In this document: piece by piece, positions 19,733-29,665 of the stretch
How positions within the stretch are numbered: the stretch's first letter is position 1
How the letters are laid out: every line of letters starts with the position of its first letter
Source: Ramlibacter sp.
Lineage (GTDB): Bacteria; Pseudomonadota; Gammaproteobacteria; Burkholderiales; Burkholderiaceae_C
Assembly: GCA_046599015.1 (NCBI GenBank)
Contig: JBKJHN010000128.1
Coordinates: forward strand, 126-64,125
DNA: 64,000 nucleotides
Reading direction: 5' to 3'
The notes under the pieces: generated by a model
Database searches by the model: none
What the model saw: the letters and a program-made list of their open reading frames with translations, nothing else
Told to the model about the DNA's origin: nothing
Translations under genes and position numbers: made by a program

Positions 19733-20668
19733 TCAGGCGCCGAGAACCGCGCGGCTGACCATGGCGTGCACGCCTTTATTGCCGTCGACGAGTTGGGTGA
19801 CGCGCAAGTCGCAGGCAAGACTGCAGAACACATAGGCCTCTTCGGCCTTCCACGCCCTCAATTCCTGCAGCCAGGCAATCATGTTGCGCAGGGCCTGCTT
19901 GGCCGCATCGTCGAGGTCGGCATCCATGCCCATGGCGATGTAATGCGTGGGCGTGATGGCTCGCGGAAAATTGAGCGTCTTCTTGTGCAGCACCGCCTGG
20001 AAACGGCCCTTCATGCAAGTCTCCAGCGCGGTGAGGCAGACCTCCCCGTCACCCTGAACCGCGTGGCCGTCGCCCACCGAGAAGTTGGCGCCGGGTACGA
20101 ATACCGGAAGGAACAGAGAGCTGCCCGCGATCAGTTCCTTGTTATCGATATTTCCACCGTATTCGCGCGGTTCGATGGAGGAGACCCGGCCATAGACCGG
20201 GGGCGGCGCGACGCCGATGATGCCGAAAAAAGGGCGCAGCGGAATCTGCACGCCCCAAGGCAACCGCGCCACGAGGGCCGAGCGATCGATCGGGATGATG
20301 CGGCGGCTGAGAACGGGAAAATCCTCAGGCAGCGCGCCCTTGAGCGGACGAATGATGTTCCAGCCCCAGTCTGCCGTCAGCTGAACGTCCAGGATGCGAA
20401 TCTCCAGTGTGTCGCCGGGCTCTGCGCCGCGCACACGGACCGGGCCCGTGAGGATGTGAGGACCCATGATTTGTGGAACTTGATCGACGATGAGCCGGTG
20501 GTCAGGCCGAAACAGCCCCGCATCGACCACTTCCTGAGGGCCACCGGACACCGTGTCGATGGTCACCGTATCGCCTGATTCGATCTCCAGGACGGCCGGA
20601 AGCGTTGCGTCGAAATGGCCCCAGTGCACCGTGCCGGGACGCGGGTCCAGAACGTGTTCGCGGCTCAC
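19733..20668 (-). CDS. Acetamidase/formamidase family protein
   Basis: VHWGHFD, GPHILTGPV, PFFGIIGVAP, GGNIDNK, GDGHAVQGDGEVCLTALE motifs. Confidence 0.92.
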   Translation of the reverse strand: MSREHVLDPRPGTVHWGHFDATLPAVLEIESGDTVTIDTVSGGPQEVVDAGLFRPDHRLIVDQVPQIMGPHILTGPVRVRGAEPGDTLEIRILDVQLTADWGWNIIRPLKGALPEDFPVLSRRIIPIDRSALVARLPWGVQIPLRPFFGIIGVAPPPVYGRVSSIEPREYGGNIDNKELIAGSSLFLPVFVPGANFSVGDGHAVQGDGEVCLTALETCMKGRFQAVLHKKTLNFPRAITPTHYIAMGMDADLDDAAKQALRNMIAWLQELRAWKAEEAYVFCSLACDLRVTQLVDGNKGVHAMVSRAVLGA

Positions 20669-21450
20669 GCGTGCACCTCGATGTCCTCGAGCGACTTCGA
20701 GCCGGAGACGCCAAGATGCTCGTCCAACACGTCCGGGCGCGCCTTCAGCGCATCGGCCGTTCCCGAAAAGACGATCCGGCCCGATGCGATGATGTGCACG
20801 TAATCGGCCACCGACAGGGCCAGGGCCAAATTCTGCTCGACCAGCAGGATGGCATGTCCCAAGGCGCGGATGCGGCCCATGATTTCGCCCACGTGCAGTA
20901 CGAATCGCGGTGACAGGCCTTCCGAAGGCTCGTCCATCAGCACCAGCTCCGGGTTGGCGACCAGCGCGCGGCCAATGGCGAGCATTTGCTGTTCGCCGCC
21001 GCTCAGTTCGTTGCCGCCGTTCTTCAGGCGCTCGCGCAGCTGGGGAAACTCGTCCAGCACTTTCTCCAGCGTCCAGCCCGACCCATCGGTTGACGCGTGC
21101 ACGCTGGCGCGGGTCGAAGCGAGCGAGCTCGTGGGAAGCTTCAGGTTTTCCAGAACCGACAGATTGCGGAAGATGCGGCGGCCCTGGGGGACCAGCGCCA
21201 TTCCAAGCTGGGCGATACGATAGGGCGGCAGCCCGACCAGCGAGCGTCCCATGAATGACACCGAGCCCTCGCGAGGCGGCGTAAGACCGAAGATGGAACG
21301 GATCAGGGTTGTCTTGCCCATCCCGTTGCGTCCCAGGATGGCGACAACCTGCCCGCGCGGCACTTCAAGGCTCACGCCCTGCAACACATAACTGTCGCCA
21401 TAGTAAGTGTGAATGTCGCGCACCGACAGCAGCACCTCAGACTTGTCCAA
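20665..21450 (-). CDS. LIV-type ABC transporter ATP-binding subunit (LivF-like)
   Basis: GRNGMGKTT, LSGGEQQMLAIGRAL, MDEPSEGL, LLVEQN. Confidence 0.92.
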   Translation of the reverse strand: MDKSEVLLSVRDIHTYYGDSYVLQGVSLEVPRGQVVAILGRNGMGKTTLIRSIFGLTPPREGSVSFMGRSLVGLPPYRIAQLGMALVPQGRRIFRNLSVLENLKLPTSSLASTRASVHASTDGSGWTLEKVLDEFPQLRERLKNGGNELSGGEQQMLAIGRALVANPELVLMDEPSEGLSPRFVLHVGEIMGRIRALGHAILLVEQNLALALSVADYVHIIASGRIVFSGTADALKARPDVLDEHLGVSGSKSLEDIEVHA

Positions 21451-22195
21451 AGTAGACCTCCCGGACCTGCGGGTTGGTGCGGACCTCCTGCGCGCTGCCT
21501 TCCAGGATCATTTCACCGCGGTGCAGGACGGAGACGCGGTCGGCAAGGCCGAGGGCGATGTCCATGTCGTGTTCGATCATCAGCATGGTGATGGAGCGTG
21601 GCAACGCCCGGATGATGGAGGACAGCCGCGTCCTTTCGGCGGCCGACAGGCCCGCGCAGGGCTCGTCGAGCAGTAGCAGGCGTGGCTCATTGACCAGCGC
21701 CAGCACCAACTCGAGCTGGCGGCGTTCGCCATAGGAAAGGTTCTTGACCCGCATGTCCTGCTTGCCGGGCAGGCCGACCAGTTCCAGCTGGCTGATTGCC
21801 TTCTCGCGGATCTCCGGCTGCTTGTGCACGTTCGACCACAGGCCCCACTTCTGCGCCCGGATGCCCAGCACGGCCAGGGCGATATTGTCCAGCACGGTCA
21901 GGTCGGCGAAGACGCTGGAGATCTGGAAGGTGCGGCCTACGCCCTTGTGCGTGCGATCTGCCTCGGGCAGGTTCGTGATGTCCTCGCCGAAGCATAGGAT
22001 GCTCCCCGTGGTGGGGCGCAGCGTGCCGCTGATGCAGTGGAACAGCGATGTCTTGCCGGCGCCGTTGGGACCGATGATCACACGCCGTTCGCCCGGCGCG
22101 ACCTCGAGGCTGACGTCGATGACGGCACGCAGTCCGCCGAAGGTCTTGCCCAGGGAGCGCAGGGACAGGGCCGGTGGGTTCGTTACAGCCGTCAT
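21437..22195 (-). CDS. LIV-type ABC transporter ATP-binding subunit (LivG-like)
   Basis: FGGLRAV, GPNGAGKTS, LSYGERRQLE, LLDEP, IEHDM, VREVYFG. Confidence 0.92.
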   Translation of the reverse strand: MTAVTNPPALSLRSLGKTFGGLRAVIDVSLEVAPGERRVIIGPNGAGKTSLFHCISGTLRPTTGSILCFGEDITNLPEADRTHKGVGRTFQISSVFADLTVLDNIALAVLGIRAQKWGLWSNVHKQPEIREKAISQLELVGLPGKQDMRVKNLSYGERRQLELVLALVNEPRLLLLDEPCAGLSAAERTRLSSIIRALPRSITMLMIEHDMDIALGLADRVSVLHRGEMILEGSAQEVRTNPQVREVYFGQV

Positions 22196-23118
22196 TTTGG
22201 GTCTCGCGGGCGGCCCCGCAACAGCCCCATCACTCCCGCTGGGGCCCAAAGCACCACGGCGATGAACACCAGGCCCATGATGGCGAGGTGGAGCTCGAAG
22301 AAAGTGCTGACGACGTTGCGCAAGCCGAGCACCAAAGCAGCTCCAATCAGGGGGCCCAGCAAGGTGCCGGAGCCGCCGACGATCGCCATCAGAACCGCTT
22401 CGACGTTGTTGTGCAGTGCGGCGGCAACGGGGTTGACGAAGCGGTTAAGGTACACGTAGAGCACACCAGCCACGCTGGCGATGAACGCCGAGATCACGAA
22501 CGCCGCATAGAGGTGCTTGGCCGGTTTGAATCCCAGGCTGCGCATGCGTGGCTCCCCGGTCTTGATGCCCCGAAGTGCCAGGCCGAATGGTGAATCCATC
22601 AGCCTCTGATAGGCGAACAGGATGAGCACGAGCACGGCCAGAGCCAGGTAATAAAAATGAACGGCGCTGGAAATCTGGAACCCCGCAAATGCCGGCGCCG
22701 GCACGTTGGTGATGCCGCTGTCGCCGCCCGTCAAGGCGGTCCAGCGGTAGCCGACGCCCCAGATGATGTAACCCATGGCCAGCGTCACCAGGATGAAGTA
22801 CACCCCACGCGTGCGCACCGACAGCCCAAACACCAGGCCGAGCGCGGTGCCGGCGAGCAGGCCAGCCGGAACCGCCCAGACCGTCGCGACGCCGTAGCGG
22901 ACCTGCAGGATGGCAGTGGTGTATGCAGCCACCGCAAAGAAGGCCGCGTGGCACAACGAGAACAGGCCGGCCTGACCCAGGAGCAGGTCAGCCGACAGCG
23001 CGAGCATCCCGAAGATGAATATCTGGGTAGCCAGGCTGACCCAATAGGTGCCCGCCACGAGCGGCAGGAGGACGGCCACCACCAGCAGAACCAGGCCGAT
23101 GCGTTGCGTTGTGCTCAT
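22192..23118 (-). CDS. LIV-type ABC transporter permease (LivM-like)
   Basis: LLLGQAGLFSL, RGVYFILVTLA, TGGDSG, SPFGLAL and VGGSGTLLGP motifs. Confidence 0.9.
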   Translation of the reverse strand: MSTTQRIGLVLLVVAVLLPLVAGTYWVSLATQIFIFGMLALSADLLLGQAGLFSLCHAAFFAVAAYTTAILQVRYGVATVWAVPAGLLAGTALGLVFGLSVRTRGVYFILVTLAMGYIIWGVGYRWTALTGGDSGITNVPAPAFAGFQISSAVHFYYLALAVLVLILFAYQRLMDSPFGLALRGIKTGEPRMRSLGFKPAKHLYAAFVISAFIASVAGVLYVYLNRFVNPVAAALHNNVEAVLMAIVGGSGTLLGPLIGAALVLGLRNVVSTFFELHLAIMGLVFIAVVLWAPAGVMGLLRGRPRDPK

Positions 23119-23981
23119 GTGAGGTTTGCCGACCCAAAAAGACCGCGCGGGCGAAATAGCAGCAGGATGGCCATCGGACCGAAAAGGACGAAATAAGACA
23201 TCTCCGGCACCAGCCAGCGGCCGTAGGCGTCGAGCAGTCCCACGATCAGGGCACCGACCATCGCGCCCTCCAGGCTGCCCAAGCCGCCGACGATGACCAC
23301 CACCAGCGCGAAGACCAGGATCTCCCACTCGGCGCCCGGGTACACGGTCAGGAACGCGCCGCCGAGCACCCCCGAAAACCCGGCCAGAAAAGACGCGAGT
23401 CCCGACACGATGACGAACAGCCGGTCCACGTCGATGCCGGTCGCGCCCACCATCTCGCGGTCATCCACGCCGGCACGGATCGCCGCCCCCACCTGTGTCC
23501 GGCGATAGAGCAGCCACAGCAGAACGGCCACCAGCACGCCGACGGAAGTCAGGAAGAACCGGAAGACTGGATAAACGATGCCGCCCGGCAACTCGACGAC
23601 GCCCCGCATGATGAGCGGGACCTGAAGCTTCTGGGCGTCCCCGCCCCAGATCTTGAGTGCGAGGTCGCCGACCACGTAGGCCAGCCCCACCGTGATGAGC
23701 ACCTGCGCGAGGTGGTCATCGCCGGCACGCTTGATGAGGAACTTGTCGGCGACGAACCCGAGTACCGTCGCCGCGGCCCCGCCCGCAAGGAGAGCGAGGC
23801 CGAAGTTACCGGTTGCCTTGCCAACCACCAGCCCGACGTAGCCGCCGATGAGGTAGTACGCGCCGTGCGCCATATTCACGATGCGCATCAGCCCGAATGT
23901 CAGGGTGAAGCCGCTCGCCAACAGGAACAGCAGCGCAGCGTACGAGATGCCGTTGAAGGTCTGAAGAATGAAACTGTTCAT
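23115..23981 (-). CDS. LIV-type ABC transporter permease (LivH-like)
   Basis: NGISYAALLFLLASGFTLTFG...NMAHG, GAAIRA, VGGLGSLEGA, RPRGLFG. Confidence 0.92.
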   Translation of the reverse strand: MNSFILQTFNGISYAALLFLLASGFTLTFGLMRIVNMAHGAYYLIGGYVGLVVGKATGNFGLALLAGGAAATVLGFVADKFLIKRAGDDHLAQVLITVGLAYVVGDLALKIWGGDAQKLQVPLIMRGVVELPGGIVYPVFRFFLTSVGVLVAVLLWLLYRRTQVGAAIRAGVDDREMVGATGIDVDRLFVIVSGLASFLAGFSGVLGGAFLTVYPGAEWEILVFALVVVIVGGLGSLEGAMVGALIVGLLDAYGRWLVPEMSYFVLFGPMAILLLFRPRGLFGSANLT

Positions 23982-24056
23982 GTCGTCCGCAGAAGGGCTT
24001 TCCACCCCGTGAGGGGGGCGGAAAGCTGGCTCGGATGGGCGCTCGCGAGGACCGGG

Positions 24057-25298
24057 TCAGGGCTTATAGGGGCCGCGTTTGAGGAAGTCTTCGGGCTTGT
24101 CGGTCCAAAATTGGGACACGGCCGGATACGTCTTGACCGGCACGTTCATCAGCTGGTCGCCCAGTATCGGGTGCTTGACCTTTTGCAAGCGGGTGATATA
24201 CACGTTCTGGATCGGGTTGTCATAGGCATCGAGCTGGAGCGGGCCACGCGGCGCCTTGACCTGAACCGTGCGCATTGCCTTGAGGAAGGCGGCCCGGTCT
24301 TCGACGTTACCGTTGATCGAGTCGATGGCGGCCTTGGTCCAGAGCCCGGAGGTGTAGGCGGATTCGGCAAACCAGGACGGCAGCTTCTTGAACCGGCGGG
24401 CGTATTCGTCCACGAAGGCCTTGTTCTCCGGCGTGTCGATGCCTGCAACGTAATGCACGGAATTGGAAATCAGGCCGACGGCACGGTCGTCGATCTGCGG
24501 AATCGCATCTTCGTGAAGCCAGTAGCCGCCATGCAGCTTGAACTTCTTGTCGTAGCCGAAGTTGTACCAGGCCTCGAAGAAACGGATCCGGGCGACACCC
24601 GCCAGGGCGACCACGACCGCGTCGCTGTCAGCGGGGATCGCGGCCAGGGAGGCGCCGTAGTCGGTGGTGGCGAGCGGCGCCCAGATCACTTTGTTGACCT
24701 TGCCGCCCAGCTCTTTGTAGGTCCGCATCATGCCGCCGGCAACCTCGTGTCCCCAGGTGTAGTCAGAGCCGATGAAGGTGGCGTTGCGCGCCCCGAGCTC
24801 CTTGTACAGGTAGTCGCCGAACGGGTGACTGATCTGGCTCGCGGAAACGGCCGTACGAATCACCGAGGGTGTACGGTCCCACTTGGTGTTGGTGTCGGCT
24901 CCGGCGGGATCGAGCACCAACGGGATGCCGGTTTCCTTGCTCACCTGCGCCACGGCAGGACCCTCGTGCCCGCACAAGGGCCCGATGAGGAAGTGCACCT
25001 TTTCCTGCAATGTGAGGCGGCGGGCCTGAGTGAGCGCCTGGTCAGGGTTGCACGTGGTGTCCGCCGTCACCAGTTCCACCTTGCGTCCGCCCGCCGTGTA
25101 GTTGTTCTTCTCCCAAAACAACTTCATGCCGTCGACCATTTCGGCCCCGGGGGTCGCCAGCGGCCCGGTGATCGGCGCCAGCACGCCGATCCGGATGGGG
25201 CCCCGTGTCTGGGCGATGGCACTCCCGGCGGCTGCTGCGGCAAGGAGGGCAAGGGCTGCGACGATCCGACCGATCCAGGCCCGTTTGACGCTTTTCAT
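24057..25298 (-). CDS. ABC transporter substrate-binding protein (periplasmic binding protein type 1, LIV/amide family)
   Basis: Signal peptide AIA-Q, PIRIGVLAPITG, DYTWG and APRGPL motifs. Confidence 0.9.
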   Translation of the reverse strand: MKSVKRAWIGRIVAALALLAAAAAGSAIAQTRGPIRIGVLAPITGPLATPGAEMVDGMKLFWEKNNYTAGGRKVELVTADTTCNPDQALTQARRLTLQEKVHFLIGPLCGHEGPAVAQVSKETGIPLVLDPAGADTNTKWDRTPSVIRTAVSASQISHPFGDYLYKELGARNATFIGSDYTWGHEVAGGMMRTYKELGGKVNKVIWAPLATTDYGASLAAIPADSDAVVVALAGVARIRFFEAWYNFGYDKKFKLHGGYWLHEDAIPQIDDRAVGLISNSVHYVAGIDTPENKAFVDEYARRFKKLPSWFAESAYTSGLWTKAAIDSINGNVEDRAAFLKAMRTVQVKAPRGPLQLDAYDNPIQNVYITRLQKVKHPILGDQLMNVPVKTYPAVSQFWTDKPEDFLKRGPYKP

Positions 25299-25335
25299 AC
25301 TGTCTCCAATTTTTGGAAGGTGGCAAACACAAAAC

Positions 25336-25347
25336 GTGATAACAAAT
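25336..25347. promoter_or_regulatory. Candidate GntR operator (copy 2)
   Basis: GTGATAACAAAT in the divergent SBP/cupin intergenic region, identical to 15630-15641. Confidence 0.6.
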
Positions 25348-25487
25348 CCACTTTCAAAGACAATGTAGAGGCGGGCGGGCTGATTTGCTCATGGGGTTAT
25401 CCCCAGAACCGCTATTGATGCAACCGATGCTCGGTCCGTGGCAAACATTGCGGCTGCGGCTGCCGTTCAGCAAACCGAAGGACAGAA

Positions 25488-25946
25488 ATGACGACGGCAC
25501 TGACTCCGAACGTTGCGGCTCACGCAGCCCTGGCTCCCCTGGCATCCAGGCTGGTCGATGTGGACGCCCTGCCCTGGCAGCCGACGAACTTTGAAGGCGT
25601 CGAGGTCAAGCAACTGCTTTTCGATCGATCCAGCGGGCTGGCGAGCACGCTGTTGCGCATGGCCCCAGGCGCAGTGCTTCCTGAGCATGAGCACCCGGCG
25701 ATCGAGCAGACCTGGGTTCTCGAAGGCCACCTGGTCGATCGGACCGGCCCTGATGCGGGTATCGAGTGCAAGGCGGGGCAGTTCATCTGGCGACCCGCAG
25801 GCAGCCGCCACAGCGCGTGGTCGCCCAACGGAGCCGTGTTGCTTGGCTTCTTCCAGCTTCCGAACAAGTTCCTGCATGTTCCCGGACGGGTGACCGACAT
25901 GGCCGGAGCCGACTGGGATTCGCTCTGGGGCGCGAGCGGCCGCTGA
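25488..25946 (+). CDS. Cupin domain protein (ChrR-like cupin_7)
   Basis: LPWQPT, LLRMAPGAVLPEHEH...EQTWVLEG and WRPAGSRHSA metal-binding motifs. Confidence 0.85.
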   Translation: MTTALTPNVAAHAALAPLASRLVDVDALPWQPTNFEGVEVKQLLFDRSSGLASTLLRMAPGAVLPEHEHPAIEQTWVLEGHLVDRTGPDAGIECKAGQFIWRPAGSRHSAWSPNGAVLLGFFQLPNKFLHVPGRVTDMAGADWDSLWGASGR

Positions 25947-25972
25947 CACCGGCCGAAAATTCGCGCCGCGCA

Positions 25973-26572
25973 TCACTTGCCCCCTGGACGCCACAAACCA
26001 GCGAGCCAATGCCGCAGGGCCTGCCACGCGACGAGCGCGATGTTGAGTCGTGGCGTAGCAGCCTGTTCATGCGACGGCACGTCAGGCGCTTCGCCGCCCT
26101 TGTCTGAGGCCGTCGGCATTGCGACGGCCTTCTGTGAGAAATTGCCAACGAAGCTGCGCAGCATGCTCTCCGACACGGGGACCAGCAGCCGGCTGCCGAA
26201 CTGAGCCAGCTTGCCGCTGACGGACACTGTCGTGTCGCCGACAAGCACGGATGAGGCGGCCGTTTCGCCGCGTTCGATGCGGGCCGTGAGGGCCATCGTT
26301 GCCGAAGAGCCTGAGGTGTCGCCGCCTTTGCCCACCATTCTCAGCGACCTGGCCACGTCATCGCGGTCAAGCACCTCCACCTGGCCGGTGAAGTTCATCG
26401 TCGCCGGGCCGATGCGGGTTCGCATGAGGCCCTTGAATACCCCTGGCGCCACTTCCTCGGTAACTTCCACGCCCGGCATGCAACTGCCGGTCTCACGCAC
26501 GTCACAGAGCAGCTGCCAGGCTTGCTCGGCGCCCACCGGAAGATCGAAGCGCTTCTGGATTCTCACCTCCAT
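25973..26572 (-). CDS. coxG: CoxG/SRPBCC family protein
   Basis: AWQLL.D....SCMPG, GPATMNF.G and VSGKLAQFGSRLL motifs; in the Mo-hydroxylase operon. Confidence 0.85.
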   Translation of the reverse strand: MEVRIQKRFDLPVGAEQAWQLLCDVRETGSCMPGVEVTEEVAPGVFKGLMRTRIGPATMNFTGQVEVLDRDDVARSLRMVGKGGDTSGSSATMALTARIERGETAASSVLVGDTTVSVSGKLAQFGSRLLVPVSESMLRSFVGNFSQKAVAMPTASDKGGEAPDVPSHEQAATPRLNIALVAWQALRHWLAGLWRPGGK

Positions 26573-27276
26573 GATGGCGTCCTGTTCCGCTTGGCCCGCA
26601 GGCTGCGCGTGCCCAACCTTGCGGTGTCGGGCACTTCGCTGCCGTCGGGCAGTCTCACCTGCCCGGGGAACAGCTGAGCCAGGACGCGAGGCGCCGCGCC
26701 ATCGAGGTAGAAGAGCAGATTGGCGATGACTTCCTCGATGCGCGTATGCACCTTCACGCCATACACGTGCTGGCGCATCCGGTGGTAGAAAACGACGCCG
26801 TGCAGTTCCCAGATCATCTCGATCTCCATCCGGGTGATTTCTTTCGCGGCGACGACCGGAAGTGCGTGACGGCGGCGAAGCTCAACCCCGAGCGGCCGGA
26901 ACACGTCGCTCATCAGTTTGCGGAATACCCGCTGGGTGTACGGATAGCCCTCGAGTCCGGAAAACACGAAAAGACGCACCCATTCGCGCGTGAGCAAGCG
27001 CGCGTCGAACTGGGTGTAGAAGGTCTCGATGCGCTCATCGAGCGGACGCGTGTCGTCCGTGATCAGGTCCTTCCAGGCCGGCGACCAGCGCTTGACGAAT
27101 AGCTCCTCGAACACCGTGTCCAGCAGTATCTGTTTGGAGGGGAAATAACGGTACAGCAGGGGCTGGGCGATCCCGAGGCTGGCCGACAGCTCCCGCGTGT
27201 TGCCCGTCAATCCATGTTCCGCGAAAAACGCCGACGCACCCTCGAGGATCTGGGCGCGCCGTTCGTCGCTGCGCAT
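26563..27276 (-). CDS. TetR/AcrR family transcriptional regulator
   Basis: RRAQILEGA..FFAEHG...TRELS..LGIAQPLLYRYFPSKQ HTH. Confidence 0.88.
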   Translation of the reverse strand: MRSDERRAQILEGASAFFAEHGLTGNTRELSASLGIAQPLLYRYFPSKQILLDTVFEELFVKRWSPAWKDLITDDTRPLDERIETFYTQFDARLLTREWVRLFVFSGLEGYPYTQRVFRKLMSDVFRPLGVELRRRHALPVVAAKEITRMEIEMIWELHGVVFYHRMRQHVYGVKVHTRIEEVIANLLFYLDGAAPRVLAQLFPGQVRLPDGSEVPDTARLGTRSLRAKRNRTPSWR

Positions 27277-27280
27277 CCTG

Positions 27281-29665
27281 CTACACCCGGCCCAACGCGC
27301 GCAGCACCTTTTCCGGGGTGAAAGGCATGTCGAAGAGCTCGGCGGAAAAAGGCGCCAGTGCGTCGTTCAGGGCCGTGAGGATGGCCGCCGGCGCGGCCGC
27401 CGTGCCGGCCTCGCCGGCGCCCTTGGCGCCAAGTTCCGAGCTCCGGGTGGGTGTGCAGACGTGGCCGATTTCCACGTCCGGCATCTCGAAGGCCATCGGC
27501 ACCAGGTAGTCCGCCATGTTTCCATTGAGCAGTTGCCCACGCTGGTCGTACAGACACTGCTCGTACAGGGTGGGACCGATCCCCTGCACCAACCCCCCGC
27601 GGATCTGTTCATCCACCAACTGCTCGTTCAGCACCGTACCGCAGTCCTCCACCACCCAAAAACGCAGGAGTTTGATCGAGCCGGTCTCCACATCGACCTC
27701 CAGGTGACAGGCCGCCGCGCCGTTGGTGAACGTGAACGGGTAGGCCTTGGGCACGAAGTGCCGCGTGACGTTGAGCTCAGCCTGGAAAGCGCCCAGCGTA
27801 TCAGGACGGAAGTAGGCTATCCGCCCCAGCTCGGCGAGGTCGGTGCGCGCTTCCCCTGTCAGCACGTCCCATACCTTGCCGCCGCGCACCTCCAAGCGCT
27901 CGGCCGGCGTCTCCAGTACCACGGCGGCCAAGGCCAGGATGTTGTTACGCAGCGCACGCCCGGCCTGCCAGGTGGCCTCGCCGCCGACACCGGCCCCGCG
28001 CGAGGCCCAGGTTCCGCCGCCGTAGGGCGTGATGTCGGTGTCGCCCCCCACGACGCGCACGTCGGCCAGGTCCACGCCGACCGCGTCTGCAGCCACCTGC
28101 GCGAAGACGGTGTCGGTTCCCTGCCCCTGTTCGCCGGTCCCGTTCATGACGACGATGCTTCCGCTGGGCTCCATGCGGACGGTGCAGCCGTCCTGCGCGG
28201 AAATCCGCGCGCCACCGACACCGTAAAACATGGCGGAAGGATTGGTGATCTCGATCATGCTGATGACGCCGATCCCCCGGTAGATTCCCTTTTGCCGCAA
28301 CGCGGCCTGGTCGCTGCGCAACCGAGGCAAGTCCATCATGGCGACGAGCTTGTCCATGCACTGGTGGTGTGACATCCCCTCGAACTTCATGCCCGACGGG
28401 GTCGTACACGGGAAGGCATCGTCGTTCAGCAGGTTCTTGCGGCGAAACTCCACTGGATCGATGCCGGCGGCCCGCGCCGCCACATCCACGATGCCCTCGG
28501 TCACCGCCACGGCGACCGGATGGCCCACCGCCCGGTAGTTGGAGTAAATGCCGAGGTTCGTGAATACGTTCGACGTGCTCGCCCGGTAGGCCTCATGGCG
28601 ATACCACTGCGCCGTGATGTTCACGATCTGGTTGCCTTCCACCACACTGGTGCGCGGATAGACAGAATAAGGTCCGATCGCAAGCCGGTCGTCGAAGCTG
28701 AATCCCTTGATCGTCCCGTCCCTGGAAAAAGCCATGCGCATCTTGACGCGATGGTCGCGGGAGTGAATATCGCTCAAGAAAGATTCGGCCCGGTCAGCCA
28801 CGAACTTGACCGGCCGCTTCAGGAGCATGGAAATTGCACAGGTTGCCAGCTCGTCGCCGTACACATGCGTCTTGATGCCGTAAGACCCTCCGACGTCGCG
28901 GCATATCACGCGCACGGCCGCCTCCTTCAATCTCAGCAGGCGCGCGTAGCAGTCCTGGACCATGTGCGGCGCCTGGTGCGAGATGTACACCGTGAGCCTG
29001 CCGTCCGCCGCGCTGAAGTCTCCGATCACGGAGCGGCCTTCCAGGCACACGCCGGTATGCCGCGGGAACCGGAACGTCCGCTCGACCATCAGGTCGGCCG
29101 CCTGCCCGACCGCATCGAAATTGCCGGTGTCGACATCGCGAGTGAAGCAAAGGTTGTCACCCAGCTGCGGATGTATCACGTACGCGTCGGGGTCGAGCGC
29201 CGTCTCCATGTCGGTCACAACTGGCAGTTCCTCGTAGTCGATCGACACCAACTGGGCCGCGTCCTCCGCGGCGCGGCGGGTCCGGGCGACCACCGCCACC
29301 AGCGGCTCCCCCTGCCAGCAGGCGCGGTCCACAGCCATGCAATGCTGCGCCGGGGCTTTCATTCCCTTGAAATGAGCCAGTGTGGCGACCATCGGCTCCA
29401 CATGCTCCTTCAGGTCGGCCCCCGTGTACACGGCCACGACGTCGCGGGCAGCTGCGGCGGCCGCGGTGTCGATCCCGCGAATGCGCGCGTGCGCGAACGC
29501 AGACCGCACGAAATGAACATGCAGCATGCGAGGCAGGCGGATGTCGTCCACATACACCGCCGCGCCCTCCACCAGCCTGCGCGCGTTCGGGCGCGGCACG
29601 GACGCCCCGATGTATCGTTTGTGCTCCAGTGCCCGCCGCTCCGCGGGACTCAGCGGCGCATTCAT
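27281..29665 (-). CDS. Xanthine dehydrogenase-family molybdopterin-binding large subunit (non-CO, hydroxylase-type)
   Basis: QAPH, DVGGSYGIK, YRAVGHP active-site loop, GQGT, WASRG, EDCG and GAKGAGEAG motifs; GGAG RBS. Confidence 0.9.
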   Translation of the reverse strand: MNAPLSPAERRALEHKRYIGASVPRPNARRLVEGAAVYVDDIRLPRMLHVHFVRSAFAHARIRGIDTAAAAAARDVVAVYTGADLKEHVEPMVATLAHFKGMKAPAQHCMAVDRACWQGEPLVAVVARTRRAAEDAAQLVSIDYEELPVVTDMETALDPDAYVIHPQLGDNLCFTRDVDTGNFDAVGQAADLMVERTFRFPRHTGVCLEGRSVIGDFSAADGRLTVYISHQAPHMVQDCYARLLRLKEAAVRVICRDVGGSYGIKTHVYGDELATCAISMLLKRPVKFVADRAESFLSDIHSRDHRVKMRMAFSRDGTIKGFSFDDRLAIGPYSVYPRTSVVEGNQIVNITAQWYRHEAYRASTSNVFTNLGIYSNYRAVGHPVAVAVTEGIVDVAARAAGIDPVEFRRKNLLNDDAFPCTTPSGMKFEGMSHHQCMDKLVAMMDLPRLRSDQAALRQKGIYRGIGVISMIEITNPSAMFYGVGGARISAQDGCTVRMEPSGSIVVMNGTGEQGQGTDTVFAQVAADAVGVDLADVRVVGGDTDITPYGGGTWASRGAGVGGEATWQAGRALRNNILALAAVVLETPAERLEVRGGKVWDVLTGEARTDLAELGRIAYFRPDTLGAFQAELNVTRHFVPKAYPFTFTNGAAACHLEVDVETGSIKLLRFWVVEDCGTVLNEQLVDEQIRGGLVQGIGPTLYEQCLYDQRGQLLNGNMADYLVPMAFEMPDVEIGHVCTPTRSSELGAKGAGEAGTAAAPAAILTALNDALAPFSAELFDMPFTPEKVLRALGRV

